Positions 10,238 to 20,959 of a stretch of 64,000 nt of DNA are shown one piece after another. This DNA comes from Candidatus Bathyarchaeota archaeon. Its GTDB lineage: Archaea > Thermoproteota > Bathyarchaeia > Bathyarchaeales > Bathycorpusculaceae. The stretch lies in NCBI GenBank assembly GCA_963739305.1, contig CAVTZU010000015.1, forward strand, positions 60,365 to 124,364, read 5' to 3'. The notes under the pieces were generated by a model. That model was not told where the DNA came from and made no database searches. It worked only from the letters and a program-made list of their open reading frames with translations. The position numbers were made by a program, and so were the translations under genes. Within the stretch, counting starts at the first letter, position 1; the number at the start of each line of letters is the position of its first letter.

Positions 10238-12965
10238 TTATGGTACGTGTTGGTTGAAGTGGCCTGCCAGTACGATGGCGTCGAAGATGTCTACGAGGCC
10301 GTCACCGTTAAAGTCAGCATCAGCGTTCCAGTTCTTGGAACCTGTCGATGTTCCGAAGGCGCCCGCCAGCTTGATAGCGTCGAAGATGTCCACTAGACCG
10401 TTTCCGGTGACGTCGCCTGCGAGCGTCTTGGCCGTAAGATTGCCGGCTGCTTGGAAGTTGTTGGTTGTGTTGGTGTCGTTTGCTTTGTCGTTCATTGGCC
10501 ACGCTTCACCTTGGACTGAGTAGAGGATGCCAGTACTGTTGCCGGTCATCCCTTGTTCGATGCCGTCACACCACCAGGTCATTGTGACGTTTTTGCCTTC
10601 ACCGGGCCCGAGGGCAACATAGGTGCCGTTCGCGAACTGCTTGTCGCCCGTCGGTGACTTGTAGGACAAGCCGACTGCTGCATACAGAATCGCGATAGTG
10701 TCGTTGGGAACAACATTCCTCACAACGTGGAGGATGTAGGTCCTTGTGTCTGGCGCGGAGTTACCGTTGCCTACCCTCATTTGGTTGTGGAATATGTAGG
10801 TGGTTGCTGGAGTTGGGCTTGCTGGTGTGACCGTGTGGGTCATATCCACGTCCACGGGATCATTCGACTTGTACAGGTCGTAGAAGTAGTCGCCTGGAAA
10901 CATAGCGTTGAAGTACCAGCCTTGTACCCAGTCTCTTGCGAACCTTCTGCCCACGGGTTGAACCAGCGGCAGGGTTATCGCGTCGTTGTAGAACCTTGCC
11001 TGCAGGTCTTTGTACTCTATTCCACGTTGAGTAGCGTTCGTCTCGACTACTGCTGCGTTGATTTCATTGTCGATTGTCGCTTGGTCAGCTGGGAACGGAG
11101 GTCCTTGGGCAGATGGGAAGCTTCCAGTGGACTGCATGTATGGCTGCGCGAAGTCGTGTGGGTCAGCGAAGTCTGCCAGCCAGCCTAGACAGTAGGCGGG
11201 CATGCCAAACGAGTTCATGGCGTCCAGGAACACTGGCCAGTCTAAGCCTACAACGTTACACTTGTATTTTCCGTTGAGGGTCTGGAAGGCCGATGCTATC
11301 AATTGCATCGCGATCATTCTCTGGTCGTTGCCCATGTTATAGACCAAGGTCGTTTCGAACCCTGCGCTGCTGACGTTGATTCCGTCAACGATCGCCTGGT
11401 TCAATTCATTCTGCATTTGAGTGTAATCGAGGTTGCGTAGAGTCAGTGCTGTGTTCTTGTAGGAAGGTGGACTTAATCCGTCTACCCACCACGATGCCTG
11501 CTGCAACCCTTCACCGAAGTACGCCTGCTCGATGTACTGCGTGTAGTTGATGGCCCACGCGAAAGCCCGTCTTACGTGCTCGTTGGCAAAGAACAATGGT
11601 TCCTGTGCCGTCTGGTGAGTTGGGTACCCTACGTAGGATTGGTAGGAACTTGCTCCCGAGACGTTCATGCAGAAGAAAATCATGTCGTTGCTTAATTGAG
11701 CAACGTTGTAGACCAGGTTGACATATGGGGCAGGGTGATACGCGTCGGTCATCAAGAGGTCAAACATGTTGGCTCTCGGAACGGCTGCGACGTCGAATTC
11801 ACCTTCAAGGAACATCATCTTCCTCGTGATCCAACAGTCAACACCTTTCACGATAACCGTTGTCACGTGGTTTCCAGCCCATCCGCCCCAATAGGCGGCG
11901 AACTGGTCGATCCTCCAGATCTTGTTCGTCTGATCCCAAGACGTGAACGCGTATGGGCCTGTGCCCATGATCTCGTTCACGTGCTTGTTGTTGCTCGGAA
12001 ACTTTGAGCCTGCAACTGAGCCGTAGACTGCTGGGTCTTTCCATTGGTCAATTTCGCTGCGTGTGACTGTTGGTTTCCAGTGCCACAGGTTAGTCCAGTC
12101 TGCAGCCATGTTCGTCGTTGAAGCGCCAATGGGGAATTGGCCGCTCCATCCACCGCGTTCCATGACCCATTCTGGCTCGATTATGCTGCCCCAAGTTTGC
12201 GCGAAAATCTGGTTCAGCACGCCTTGAGCCCACGGGTTCAAGAAGTGGAAACTCACGTCGTTAGCACCAGGCCCTGCATAACACCATCCCTGAATCATGG
12301 CTGCCGCTGCGGCTGAGTCTGCCGGATTCTTGAATGTGCCGTTGCCGTATGCTGGGAACGGTCCGCCAACAGAAGTGGTAAGACCCGCCGACGCGGAACT
12401 GTTGAAAGCAGGGCCGAACCACATCCATGTGGGCGCGTAGTATGAGTCGTAGACCATTTGTCTCTGGAACGAGTAGATAACGTCGGACTGCTTTGAGGTT
12501 GCGTGATGGAATGATGCTGCCGTTGCCCGCTGTCCATGGTTGGAACGTGGCATTGGTGTTGATCGTGAATGTATAGTATTCACCAGAGGCGTTAACCACT
12601 ATTGTCGGCAGCGCCGTCGCCAATACAGGCCCGTAGCTGTCGAGGTTAGCGTACTCGGAAATCGTCAGGTTGTGTCCAACGCCAGGCGTGAAAGTGATTG
12701 GGTGTTTGTCATTCCACCATATCAGCGTCTGTGCGACGTTCTGTATCAGCTCGCCGCTTGCTGTGTCGTAGGCACGAGCCGGGTCCATCCTTGCGGGTTG
12801 ACCTATCGTAGCAACATAGTAAGTGCTTGTGTCGATTGGCGGTTGCATTGAGAATGCTGGAATAACCGAGAATATGCTAGTCACTAGCAAACACGCTGTA
12901 ATTATGGTTATCAATTTTAGATTGATCGATCTCTCCTTATTTCTATCGAGTGTTCTTTTCGACAA
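10238..12965 (-). CDS. ABC peptide/oligopeptide substrate-binding protein with C-terminal dockerin-like domain, one frameshift near 12490
   Basis: MDPARAYDTAS, DVIYSFQR, MGTGPY, GWLADFADP, GDVTGNGLVDIFD/ADFNGDGLVDIFD. Confidence 0.85.
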
Positions 12966-13273
12966 TTAGTAATCCCCGATTCAATTGTGTTTTTCATGTA
13001 GATAAAACCTGTGAAACATTGTTCTATCATGGAATACGCTGTATCACTGCTGAATCAATTGAATCAGCAGAGCACGTTTAATGGCGAGTTAGAAAATGAT
13101 CTTACGACAAGGACTCCGCAGCGCGCGCTAGTTACGCGATGTTGCTTTCTATATAGTTCTGCGGAAAACTAGGTCACAAAACCCTCTGCAAATTCCAAAA
13201 ATCTGGGTGTAATCATTGAAAACGTCATTCATGAAAAGGCTTTTCAGAGACCTGTTCTTAACCTTCTAATGGT

Positions 13274-16200
13274 TTGCTGTTATCCGAGGAGTTAAGTGTG
13301 GAGGAGATTCTGCATCAGGCAGAACAGTCAGAGAAGGACTATGATTGGCTAGAAGCCATTGAGTTTTATAAGAAAGGCTTGAGTTTGGTGTCCAAAACGG
13401 ATTTTCTGAAAATGGGAAAGGTCCAAGAGAGTATTGGCTACGCTATCTATCGGGCGGCTATGCAAGCTGAGAATTCTGAACGGTTCAGAGAGAGGATGCG
13501 GGAAGCTGTCACAAACTATGAGAAAGCCAAGGAATCTTACGGAAATTTGACTGAGAAGACGGAAAAGACGCCTAGGGCGCTTCGCTGTGATGCCATGGTT
13601 GCATACATGAACCATTGGCTTGTATCTGACGCCTGTCAAAAAAAGACATTGCTAGATGAGTGCTGGAGCCTTACAAAGGAAACTTTGATGGCTTTCAAGC
13701 AAGCTGACAATGCTCTGGAATATGAAAAAACATACTGTCAACTCTCATCAGTCGCCTACCACAGTTTTGTACTTGGGTGGGACTTTCAAACTCGCATGAA
13801 ATTGGTTGGAGAAGCTGTAGAGTACGGGGAGCAAGCAACGACCTTGCTTTCCGGCGTCGCCAATTCATGCGAACTTGCGAAGGCCTACGCAAAAACAGCA
13901 CTTTACCTAACTGTCTTTGTATGCAATTTCATTTCTGATACGGATGAAAAAGAAAGATATTGCCAAAAGAGTCTGAAGCTGTGGCAAGAGGCCTACAAGC
14001 TTTCGGAAGAGGCTGCCTTGCTTGAGCTGTTAAGCATATTCAGCGAATTAGAGATGATTTTTCAATCTGACGAGTTGCCAAGCCTCTTCAAGAAAGCGCT
14101 GTGTTATGCACAGAAAACCAAAGACAGATATTTGATTGGGTCCGCGTTGGATCAGTTAGCATATGCTACGTTCCTTACTGTATCAGAGGATCCAGACAGA
14201 ATACTGCAGATTAGCCAAGAAGCTCTGCAATACGCTGAAGACGCGAATAATAGCTACTCAGCGATCTCCTTCGTGAGTCCCCGTGTGGGAACACTGTGGA
14301 CAGCGGCCCCTGGATGCGATTACCATACGAGATTGGCCATAATGGTGGAGACTGATCTGAAGAAGAAAAGATCTCTGCTGGAAAAGGCAATAGCGGAAGG
14401 AACTTACGCAATAGAGCACTCTGAGAAGACGGGCTACCCTGAAACCATAAAATATGCGAATTTTACACTAAGTCTGGCACTCAGACGTCTTGGAAGACTA
14501 GAAACAAACCCAAGCGAGAAAAAAGCGTTCTTAGAAAGGGCCTTGGCACACGAGAAAGAAGCTCTCACACTCACCGAAAGAATTCAGCCCTACAATTACT
14601 GGAATCTTGGTTTCCACTGGGGCGCAAGAGCACAACTGCGGGGAGATCTGTCAGCATTTGAAAAAGACCCTGAGAAGAAAAAGACCATTCTTGAAGAAGC
14701 TATCTCAGACGGGGAATATGGCTCGCAATTATACATCAAACAATTGCAGATGTTAGCGTCCGCGCACTACAAGGCTGGTGGAGAAGCAGGGTTTTGGTGG
14801 ACGCACCTCGGGTTCAGTCAGTATTCTCGTGGCGAGTTGCTCAACACTCTTTATGAGTTAACCCGCAATGAGCAACATCAGAGAAGAGCTATAAAAGCCT
14901 TCGAGGAAGCAGTCGAGTCATACCAAAAAGCCAATCGAGTCACCCGAATCGCAGAGTGCTACTGGAAGCTTGCTAGAAGCTATGACGACCTTCATGAATA
15001 TCTAAAGGCGGCGCAAAACTTTGACATGGCTTCTGGCAAATACGAGCAAGCGGCCGAAAATATTCTTCAGCTAAAAAGGATCTACCAGAATCATGCCCGA
15101 TACATGGAAGCTTGGAGTGAAATTGAAAAAGCACGACACCACCACGTGAGACAGGAATACGCCATGGGAAAAGAGCACTATGAAAAAGCTGCTACTATGC
15201 ACGAATCGTTGGAACAATGGAGCTATCTGGCACCAAATTATTCCGCATGGGCTGAGGTCGAAAACGCCGAATACTTGAGCAGAATGGAGAAGACCGAAGA
15301 AGCACTCCAAGCCTTTGAGGACGCAGCCAAATTGTTCACTGAAACTAAGAAATCCCTCGCGACGAAGCTCAGAGAAATCGAAGATCCAGACGAGAAAGAT
15401 GCGGCAACCAACATGATCAAGACGACCGACCTGAGGCACGAATATTGCATCGGAAAAATCGCGCTTGAGGAAGCAAGAATCCTTGACAAAAAGGGAGACC
15501 ACTACTTCAGCTCAGAGAAATATGGCTCAGCGGTTGCAATTTTCCAAAAAATAAGTGAAGCCCTAGAGTCGGACCAAGATAAGAAGGAATTCAAGTTGAT
15601 CATTACTCTTTCTCAAGCTTGGCAAAAAATGACTCGGGGAGAGGCAGAAGCATCACCTGCATTCTACTTGGAGGCGTCCCAACTTTTCGAGGAAGCCAAA
15701 GAGTTCAGTCAAAATGAGAAAGCAAAAATGTTAGCATTGGGTCACAGCCGCTTCTGCAAAGCTCTTGAGGCAGGAACAAAATTCGCCGATACAGGCGACG
15801 CAACACTGTATGCTACGACCACACAATACTTAGAAAGCGCCGCAAAATACTACATCAAAGCAGGCTTCCAGAGCGCATCAGAATACACTAAGGCAACTAG
15901 ATTACTTTTCGATGCCTACATTCACATGGGCAACGCGCAAAAGGAAATTGACCCTGAGAAAAAGACCAAACTCTACGAAATGGCTGAAAAATTGTTGCAA
16001 TCGTCAGCTGGCTCTTTCATGAAAGCGGAGCACCCAGAGAAAAGGGAACAGGCGTTGGGGTTATTGAAGAAGGTGAAAGAGGAGCGGAAAATAGCACTTT
16101 CTCTCAGTGAAGTACTCCACCCACCAACAATAATTTCAACAACAAACGCTTTCAATACGCCGACTCCTACTCAGGAAGAAGCAGTAGGTTTAGAAAGATT

Positions 16201-16600
16201 TGAACACGCTGACATACAAGCGAACCTGATAGTAGCTAAAAAAGAGATAAGGGTAGGCGAATTTCTCAACGTCGAAGTGGAGCTTGTGAACGCCGGAAAA
16301 GGCCCAGCCGTTCTGATTAAACTTGCAGAGGTTATTCCTGCAGGTTTTGACTTGACGGAAAAACCTGAAATGTATCGGGTAGAAGATAACTATCTTAACA
16401 TGAAGGGAAAAAGGCTCGATTCTCTAAAGACAGAAGAGGTGAGGCTCGTTCTCAAACCAAAGGTTCAAGGCGTTTTCCAGCTGAGACCGAAGATCCTCTA
16501 CCTGGACGATGACGGCAAGTGCAAGTCTAACGAGCCTAAACCCATAGAAATCATTGTGAGAGAACTTGGAATCAAAGGCTGGCTCAAAGGAGAAGGATGA
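13274..16600 (+). CDS. large TPR-repeat protein with C-terminal Ig-like domain
   Basis: 1108-aa helical repeats; C-terminal VELVNAGKGPAVL..YLD beta domain. Confidence 0.8.
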   Translation: MLLSEELSVEEILHQAEQSEKDYDWLEAIEFYKKGLSLVSKTDFLKMGKVQESIGYAIYRAAMQAENSERFRERMREAVTNYEKAKESYGNLTEKTEKTPRALRCDAMVAYMNHWLVSDACQKKTLLDECWSLTKETLMAFKQADNALEYEKTYCQLSSVAYHSFVLGWDFQTRMKLVGEAVEYGEQATTLLSGVANSCELAKAYAKTALYLTVFVCNFISDTDEKERYCQKSLKLWQEAYKLSEEAALLELLSIFSELEMIFQSDELPSLFKKALCYAQKTKDRYLIGSALDQLAYATFLTVSEDPDRILQISQEALQYAEDANNSYSAISFVSPRVGTLWTAAPGCDYHTRLAIMVETDLKKKRSLLEKAIAEGTYAIEHSEKTGYPETIKYANFTLSLALRRLGRLETNPSEKKAFLERALAHEKEALTLTERIQPYNYWNLGFHWGARAQLRGDLSAFEKDPEKKKTILEEAISDGEYGSQLYIKQLQMLASAHYKAGGEAGFWWTHLGFSQYSRGELLNTLYELTRNEQHQRRAIKAFEEAVESYQKANRVTRIAECYWKLARSYDDLHEYLKAAQNFDMASGKYEQAAENILQLKRIYQNHARYMEAWSEIEKARHHHVRQEYAMGKEHYEKAATMHESLEQWSYLAPNYSAWAEVENAEYLSRMEKTEEALQAFEDAAKLFTETKKSLATKLREIEDPDEKDAATNMIKTTDLRHEYCIGKIALEEARILDKKGDHYFSSEKYGSAVAIFQKISEALESDQDKKEFKLIITLSQAWQKMTRGEAEASPAFYLEASQLFEEAKEFSQNEKAKMLALGHSRFCKALEAGTKFADTGDATLYATTTQYLESAAKYYIKAGFQSASEYTKATRLLFDAYIHMGNAQKEIDPEKKTKLYEMAEKLLQSSAGSFMKAEHPEKREQALGLLKKVKEERKIALSLSEVLHPPTIISTTNAFNTPTPTQEEAVGLERFEHADIQANLIVAKKEIRVGEFLNVEVELVNAGKGPAVLIKLAEVIPAGFDLTEKPEMYRVEDNYLNMKGKRLDSLKTEEVRLVLKPKVQGVFQLRPKILYLDDDGKCKSNEPKPIEIIVRELGIKGWLKGEG

Positions 16601-16680
16601 TCTGCCAGTTTTCGTGCGCGCTGATGAAACGCATACGTGTCCGAGACGATTTAGCTCTTGGCTGGGGGTTGCACGCGATC

Positions 16681-17622
16681 TCAGACGAGTAGGAGTTCGT
16701 AACTAGTGCTCTTGTGATGGATTTGAAAACCGACTTTTTCGTAGAGTTTTATCGCATGTGTTGGATTTTGATCATCCACATAAAGTAGTGCGTCTTCCAT
16801 TCCTTGGGCTTTCAGGTGAGACATCGCTCGAAACATTAGACTCGTTCCTACGTCTCTTTGTCTATACGGTTTTAGGACGCCGATGTTCAAGATCCACCCG
16901 TGTTTTGCACTCTTTTCTTGATTCAGCCTTTCATCGACTCCGGCTACGACGTAGCCTATAGGCTGTTTCTCAAGCATCGCAAACCACACTTTTTGATGTT
17001 GCCAGAAGGGTGATTTCAACAGCGAGTATCTCGTTTCCTCAACAGTCATCGGCCTGTAGTTGAAGTGTTCCTTGAAAGCCTCATTGTCGAGACGATTAAT
17101 CAAAGCAATCTCTTCATCTTCGGCAAGTCGTGCTTCTCTCAAGTTAGTCGGCTCTTTTTCCTCCATTATTGATGAATCAATGAGGCTTCGTTTCATCAGA
17201 CTCGAGGTTCTCACACGCTTGAAACCGAAGCTCTCGTAAAGATGTGTACAAGCAAGTCTGTCAGTCATTGCCCAAGCAGAAGCAATTTTCATTCCGTCTT
17301 CTCGCAAAACCGCAATAGCAGTTTTCAACAGTTCTCTTGCGATTCCCTTGCGTCTAAACTCAGGCAGAACTGAAAGATGTCCGATAAACCCCTTTTTCTT
17401 CTCTCTCTGCTTGTCAACATGTGCTTGCACCATTCCAGCAACTTGACCGTCCCATTCTCCAAACAAAAGCCCATCGAGGTTGAAGCTCGGAGCGTTTGCA
17501 ATTGTTCTGACCTCTTCAAGAGTCACGCTTCTCATGTCATCGTAGTCTGAGAATGCCGCGTTGAAGATTCTGACGTAGAATTCTTCATCTTCACCCTTTC
17601 GGAAAGGTCTGGTCTTCAACAT
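16681..17622 (-). CDS. tandem GNAT N-acetyltransferase
   Basis: Two GNAT motifs, VLPEFRRKGIA and VLKPYRQRDVG; LYEKVGF. Confidence 0.9.
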   Translation of the reverse strand: MLKTRPFRKGEDEEFYVRIFNAAFSDYDDMRSVTLEEVRTIANAPSFNLDGLLFGEWDGQVAGMVQAHVDKQREKKKGFIGHLSVLPEFRRKGIARELLKTAIAVLREDGMKIASAWAMTDRLACTHLYESFGFKRVRTSSLMKRSLIDSSIMEEKEPTNLREARLAEDEEIALINRLDNEAFKEHFNYRPMTVEETRYSLLKSPFWQHQKVWFAMLEKQPIGYVVAGVDERLNQEKSAKHGWILNIGVLKPYRQRDVGTSLMFRAMSHLKAQGMEDALLYVDDQNPTHAIKLYEKVGFQIHHKSTSYELLLV

Positions 17623-17699
17623 TGCTGCTCACCAGAAAACTCTCAAAAACAAATGCGTTGTCGCACTTAAGCATTGTCAATTCGCAGTTGAACTGGGTC

Positions 17700-17845
17700 T
17701 CAAAGCTGAAACAGTTCTCGGTCAAATCGCGTGAGAAACTCGGATCTCTTTCGTCCAATCAGCACTATGTCTTCCAGTCGGAAATAATATTCCCCGGCAT
17801 TCCACAGTTTCGGTTCTACTGCCATAACCATGTTTGACTGAGGTA
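17700..17845 (-). pseudogene. C-terminal remnant of M24 Xaa-Pro aminopeptidase
   Basis: NMVMAVEPKL..FRLEDIVLI motif with no N-terminal part. Confidence 0.65.
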
Positions 17846-17860
17846 AATCTTTGTTTTCGG

Positions 17861-18012
17861 AGAAGCTGAAGAACCTTGGCTTTACCGTGTTCAAGCAGCC
17901 ACTAGTTGTTTACGTAGAAAGCAAAGGCAAGAACGTTTGGCAGTTTAAACCGGGCGAGCAAGATAAAGCCAAGACCTGGGCACAAGAAGCAGCCAAAACA
18001 CTCTCAGAATAG
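17861..18012 (+). pseudogene. duplicated 3' fragment of the flavodoxin gene
   Basis: 152-bp near-identical copy of 9922-10073. Confidence 0.85.
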
Positions 18013-18075
18013 CATCTTCTAGTCGCGCCCCAATCCTGAGCGTCCGCCAGGCCGGAGTTCGTCTTGGAAGTTTAG

Positions 18076-18480
18076 TTAGCTTGTTTTTTTGATGATTAAG
18101 ATGGCTTCTTTGATGCCTTGGAAGTGGGGGTCGCCCGTCAGGATTTTTGTTCCAAGTTTTCTTGCTGTGGCCAGTACAAAGGCGTCAGCCAGTCCGAAGT
18201 CTTTCTTGTTTTTTCGCATTTCGGCATGGATTATTCCTGTTTGTTTTGACAATTCTTCGTCTACGTCGATGACGTCTGAGTTGCTGAGCAAAATTCGGTA
18301 TGCGGTGCACACGTCCTGTTTTTCACGGGCAATTTTGCTTATCACCTCTCCGAGCGTCACGGCGCTTGTGTAGATCCCGTTGTTTTCATCTTCAAGCATG
18401 GTCTTGACTTTCGCGCCGGTTTCGCTTCCGATCAGATATTCTATCCAGGCGTATGCGTCCACTACGTATTCGTTAGTCGT
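18076..18480 (-). CDS. vapC: VapC/PIN toxin
   Basis: YVVDAYAW, VTLGEV, FGLADA, ILTGDPHF; start uncertain (ACG 18480 or GTG 18462). Confidence 0.88.
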   Translation of the reverse strand, partial: TTNEYVVDAYAWIEYLIGSETGAKVKTMLEDENNGIYTSAVTLGEVISKIAREKQDVCTAYRILLSNSDVIDVDEELSKQTGIIHAEMRKNKKDFGLADAFVLATARKLGTKILTGDPHFQGIKEAILIIKKTS

Positions 18481-18667
18481 GCACGTTCAACTCGTCTTCT
18501 GCTGTGAAGGGTTTAAGTCGTCTGAATGTTCCGAACCCGTCTATTTTGACCTTTTTTACGCTAATCTCTATGAGTTCTCCTTCCTTGATTTTTTTGCTCT
18601 CGATGAGTTTCTTGGGTATTGTCACGACCAGGGAGCCGCCGACTCTTCGGGTTTTCGTTATACTCAT
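18473..18667 (-). CDS. AbrB/MazE-family antitoxin
   Basis: TRRVGGSLVVTIPK..IKEGE, directly upstream of vapC. Confidence 0.88.
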   Translation of the reverse strand: MSITKTRRVGGSLVVTIPKKLIESKKIKEGELIEISVKKVKIDGFGTFRRLKPFTAEDELNVHD

Positions 18668-18884
18668 GAAGTATCACTTATACATAACAAAAATAACACT
18701 AAAGTTACACTTAACTCTTACGGCACGGAAATCATCGTGCGGCCTCTGCAAGCACGACATTTTTCTATGGATAAATGGAGAGAATGTCCGCGCCGCGCGC
18801 GCTCAACATCCAAATCTGCAAAAAAACCATACGAAGAACCAAACCCAAATCTCTGCAAAAACCCATCGAAAGTTCTCTGTGCGA

Positions 18885-19216
18885 AAAAAGGGTAGGGGGT
18901 AGGGTGTTTTAGACTGTTTCTTAACCAAAATCCATGTTGACCAGTCCTTCACTGCGTATCGCGGGCGGTTTTTGTTTCCCCAGTAACCTAACACTCTGAC
19001 TTCATCGCATAAGAGCGGTGCGCTCCTCTAAGTCAAGCTCTCTCCGTAAGGGGAATATCATTTTTGCCCGCGCCCACCGTGTCCCACGCTTGGGTAAACC
19101 CAACATCACAGCAACAAGGCAAGCGGTCGAAGCTTGCCACCTCAGCTGAGTCCGTCTGCGTGAATGTGTCCGGCAGGATCCATCGAAGGCAACAAACGCT
19201 TCGGGCGTTCATCGCC
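18885..19216 (-). ncRNA. unassigned structured ncRNA candidate (~330 nt)
   Basis: TATA-like AAGGTTTAAC upstream, U-rich end, nested long helices whose G-U pairs favour the minus strand. Confidence 0.55.
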
Positions 19217-20958
19217 AAAACAAGACTGAATAGACTTGTAAAGTTAAACCTTCCTACACACCGCTCACTTATTCGCTTAAGCTCACCCAGCTTGCTCATG
19301 TTCAACTCAAGCCCAGCAACCGGATTCTCTAAACCCCACGATTGCAAAACCTTCGGATGAACCTCACCTATGACACCCACTTCCACTCCTTCAACGACAA
19401 CCGCACCGACCCTACCCTCAATAAAACTCGCATGCTTCGTCTCCTTAACCCGCCACTGTAAGCCAAGGTTACTCAACATCGCATCTAGGTCTGACTTGAC
19501 CTCAGTGAAACCCGCGTTAACGTGCGAGACCGCAGCCGCCAACACACTATCATCCCTCGTTCCCGTCTCAGCCGCTTTATCCAACACGGTCACTGAGCCT
19601 AACTCAAAAACCCTCTGCGGATACTCCACATGCAAATTACAGCTAAACAGCTCCATCAAACCAGGCAAGAGCCAACTCCGCAAACACGTCAACGTCTGAA
19701 CCTTCGGATTAGCCAACTCCACTACCCGCTGCTTTTTCAAGTTCATCTTGGCAAATAGGCTATCAGGATTCGTCAAACAATACGAGAGTACCTCCTGAAA
19801 ACCAAGCCCAACCATCAGCTCCCGAGCCACATCTAAAAACGCCTGTTCGGGTCTTGCTGCACCCGTCGTAGGCAACTTACGCCAAAACGGCTTCAGTTTA
19901 TTGTATCCGTACGCGATGGCCACGTCTTCAACCAAATCAACCTGATGCATAATATCAATCCGATAACAAGGAACCCGCAACGTTACCTTGTTCTTCTCAA
20001 CCTTCTCAACGCCATAACCTGCCTTCAACAGCAAATTAGCCATCGCTCTGGCCGACAACTCAAGATCCAGTATCCTGTTCGCATAAGCCACATCCAAAAC
20101 CGCACGGCTACTCTCAAAACTCGGAGTCATCTCCTCCACATCCTCCGCCTCATAATGAACCAAAGCACCATGCGCCTTACCACCACGATCAACCAAAGAC
20201 AACGTTACAATCTTCAACGTGTTCACCACAGTCTCATGAGACGTTCCCGTAACCTCAACCAAAACATTCCTCGTGTTCTCCGTGACTCTGCCCAGATCAT
20301 TCGAATTAATGATCGGTGGAAACGACAACACCTTCCGCTCACTGTCGAACAAAATCGGGTAAACAGGCTTCTCACTCACAATTGACCCGTACTCTATGCC
20401 TTTCGGGTGCTCCCGCAGAATCTCCTTCAGACTTAACTCTTTATCAAACCCTAATGGAACAAAACGAACCTCATTCGGCTTAGCGACGGTGTAGCTGAAC
20501 GGTTGCTTGATCAAGTCAAAATCGTAAAGCCCAATCGAAGCTCGACGCCGGTTCCTCCCATAAGTATGATCCAGCTTGTCTTGAAGCTGCATAACTCCGC
20601 GGATAACCGCATCCGTCAGCTTAACATCCTTAATCACCGAGCAAGCGATGTACGGCCTGATACTCTTCAGCCTCCCGTCAACGTGCACTTCAGCCAACGC
20701 TTTGCCAACGGCATAATGCTTCAACCCCTCTTCCAAACCCAAAAACCCACGAAGACACCGCACCAAACCCTCAACGTTCCACAAGTCCGCCCGGTTCGTA
20801 TCCTTGATCTCAACGCTCATCAAACCCGTCTTCTCATCAATCGCTTTCGTCTCACCCTTCGCAAAAGCCAAGACCTCGTTAACCTTATCCACATCCCGAT
20901 CTAACTCGATTCCAAGCAGCTTCACAAACTCATCAAAATCCAAGTCAATCGTCGGCAC
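19033..20958 (-). CDS. pheT: phenylalanine--tRNA ligase beta subunit (ORF runs ~80 codons past the expected end near 19270)
   Basis: DTNRADLWNVEG, GRNRRRASIGLYD, SFPPIINS, DLVEDVAIAYGYN, IGEVHP. Confidence 0.95.
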   Translation of the reverse strand: MPTIDLDFDEFVKLLGIELDRDVDKVNEVLAFAKGETKAIDEKTGLMSVEIKDTNRADLWNVEGLVRCLRGFLGLEEGLKHYAVGKALAEVHVDGRLKSIRPYIACSVIKDVKLTDAVIRGVMQLQDKLDHTYGRNRRRASIGLYDFDLIKQPFSYTVAKPNEVRFVPLGFDKELSLKEILREHPKGIEYGSIVSEKPVYPILFDSERKVLSFPPIINSNDLGRVTENTRNVLVEVTGTSHETVVNTLKIVTLSLVDRGGKAHGALVHYEAEDVEEMTPSFESSRAVLDVAYANRILDLELSARAMANLLLKAGYGVEKVEKNKVTLRVPCYRIDIMHQVDLVEDVAIAYGYNKLKPFWRKLPTTGAARPEQAFLDVARELMVGLGFQEVLSYCLTNPDSLFAKMNLKKQRVVELANPKVQTLTCLRSWLLPGLMELFSCNLHVEYPQRVFELGSVTVLDKAAETGTRDDSVLAAAVSHVNAGFTEVKSDLDAMLSNLGLQWRVKETKHASFIEGRVGAVVVEGVEVGVIGEVHPKVLQSWGLENPVAGLELNMSKLGELKRISERCVGRFNFTSLFSLVLAMNARSVCCLRWILPDTFTQTDSAEVASFDRLPCCCDVGFTQAWDTVGAGKNDIPLTERA

Positions 20959-20959
20959 A

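Noticed and set aside
18885-19216. SRP RNA or second RNase P RNA
   Set aside because: No helix-8 GCCAGG..GGAA..AGCA motif and no P4 consensus
19033-19270. Genuine C-terminal extension of PheT
   Set aside because: The sequence is not protein-like and overlaps a promoter and a structured RNA; a lost stop from an indel is more plausible
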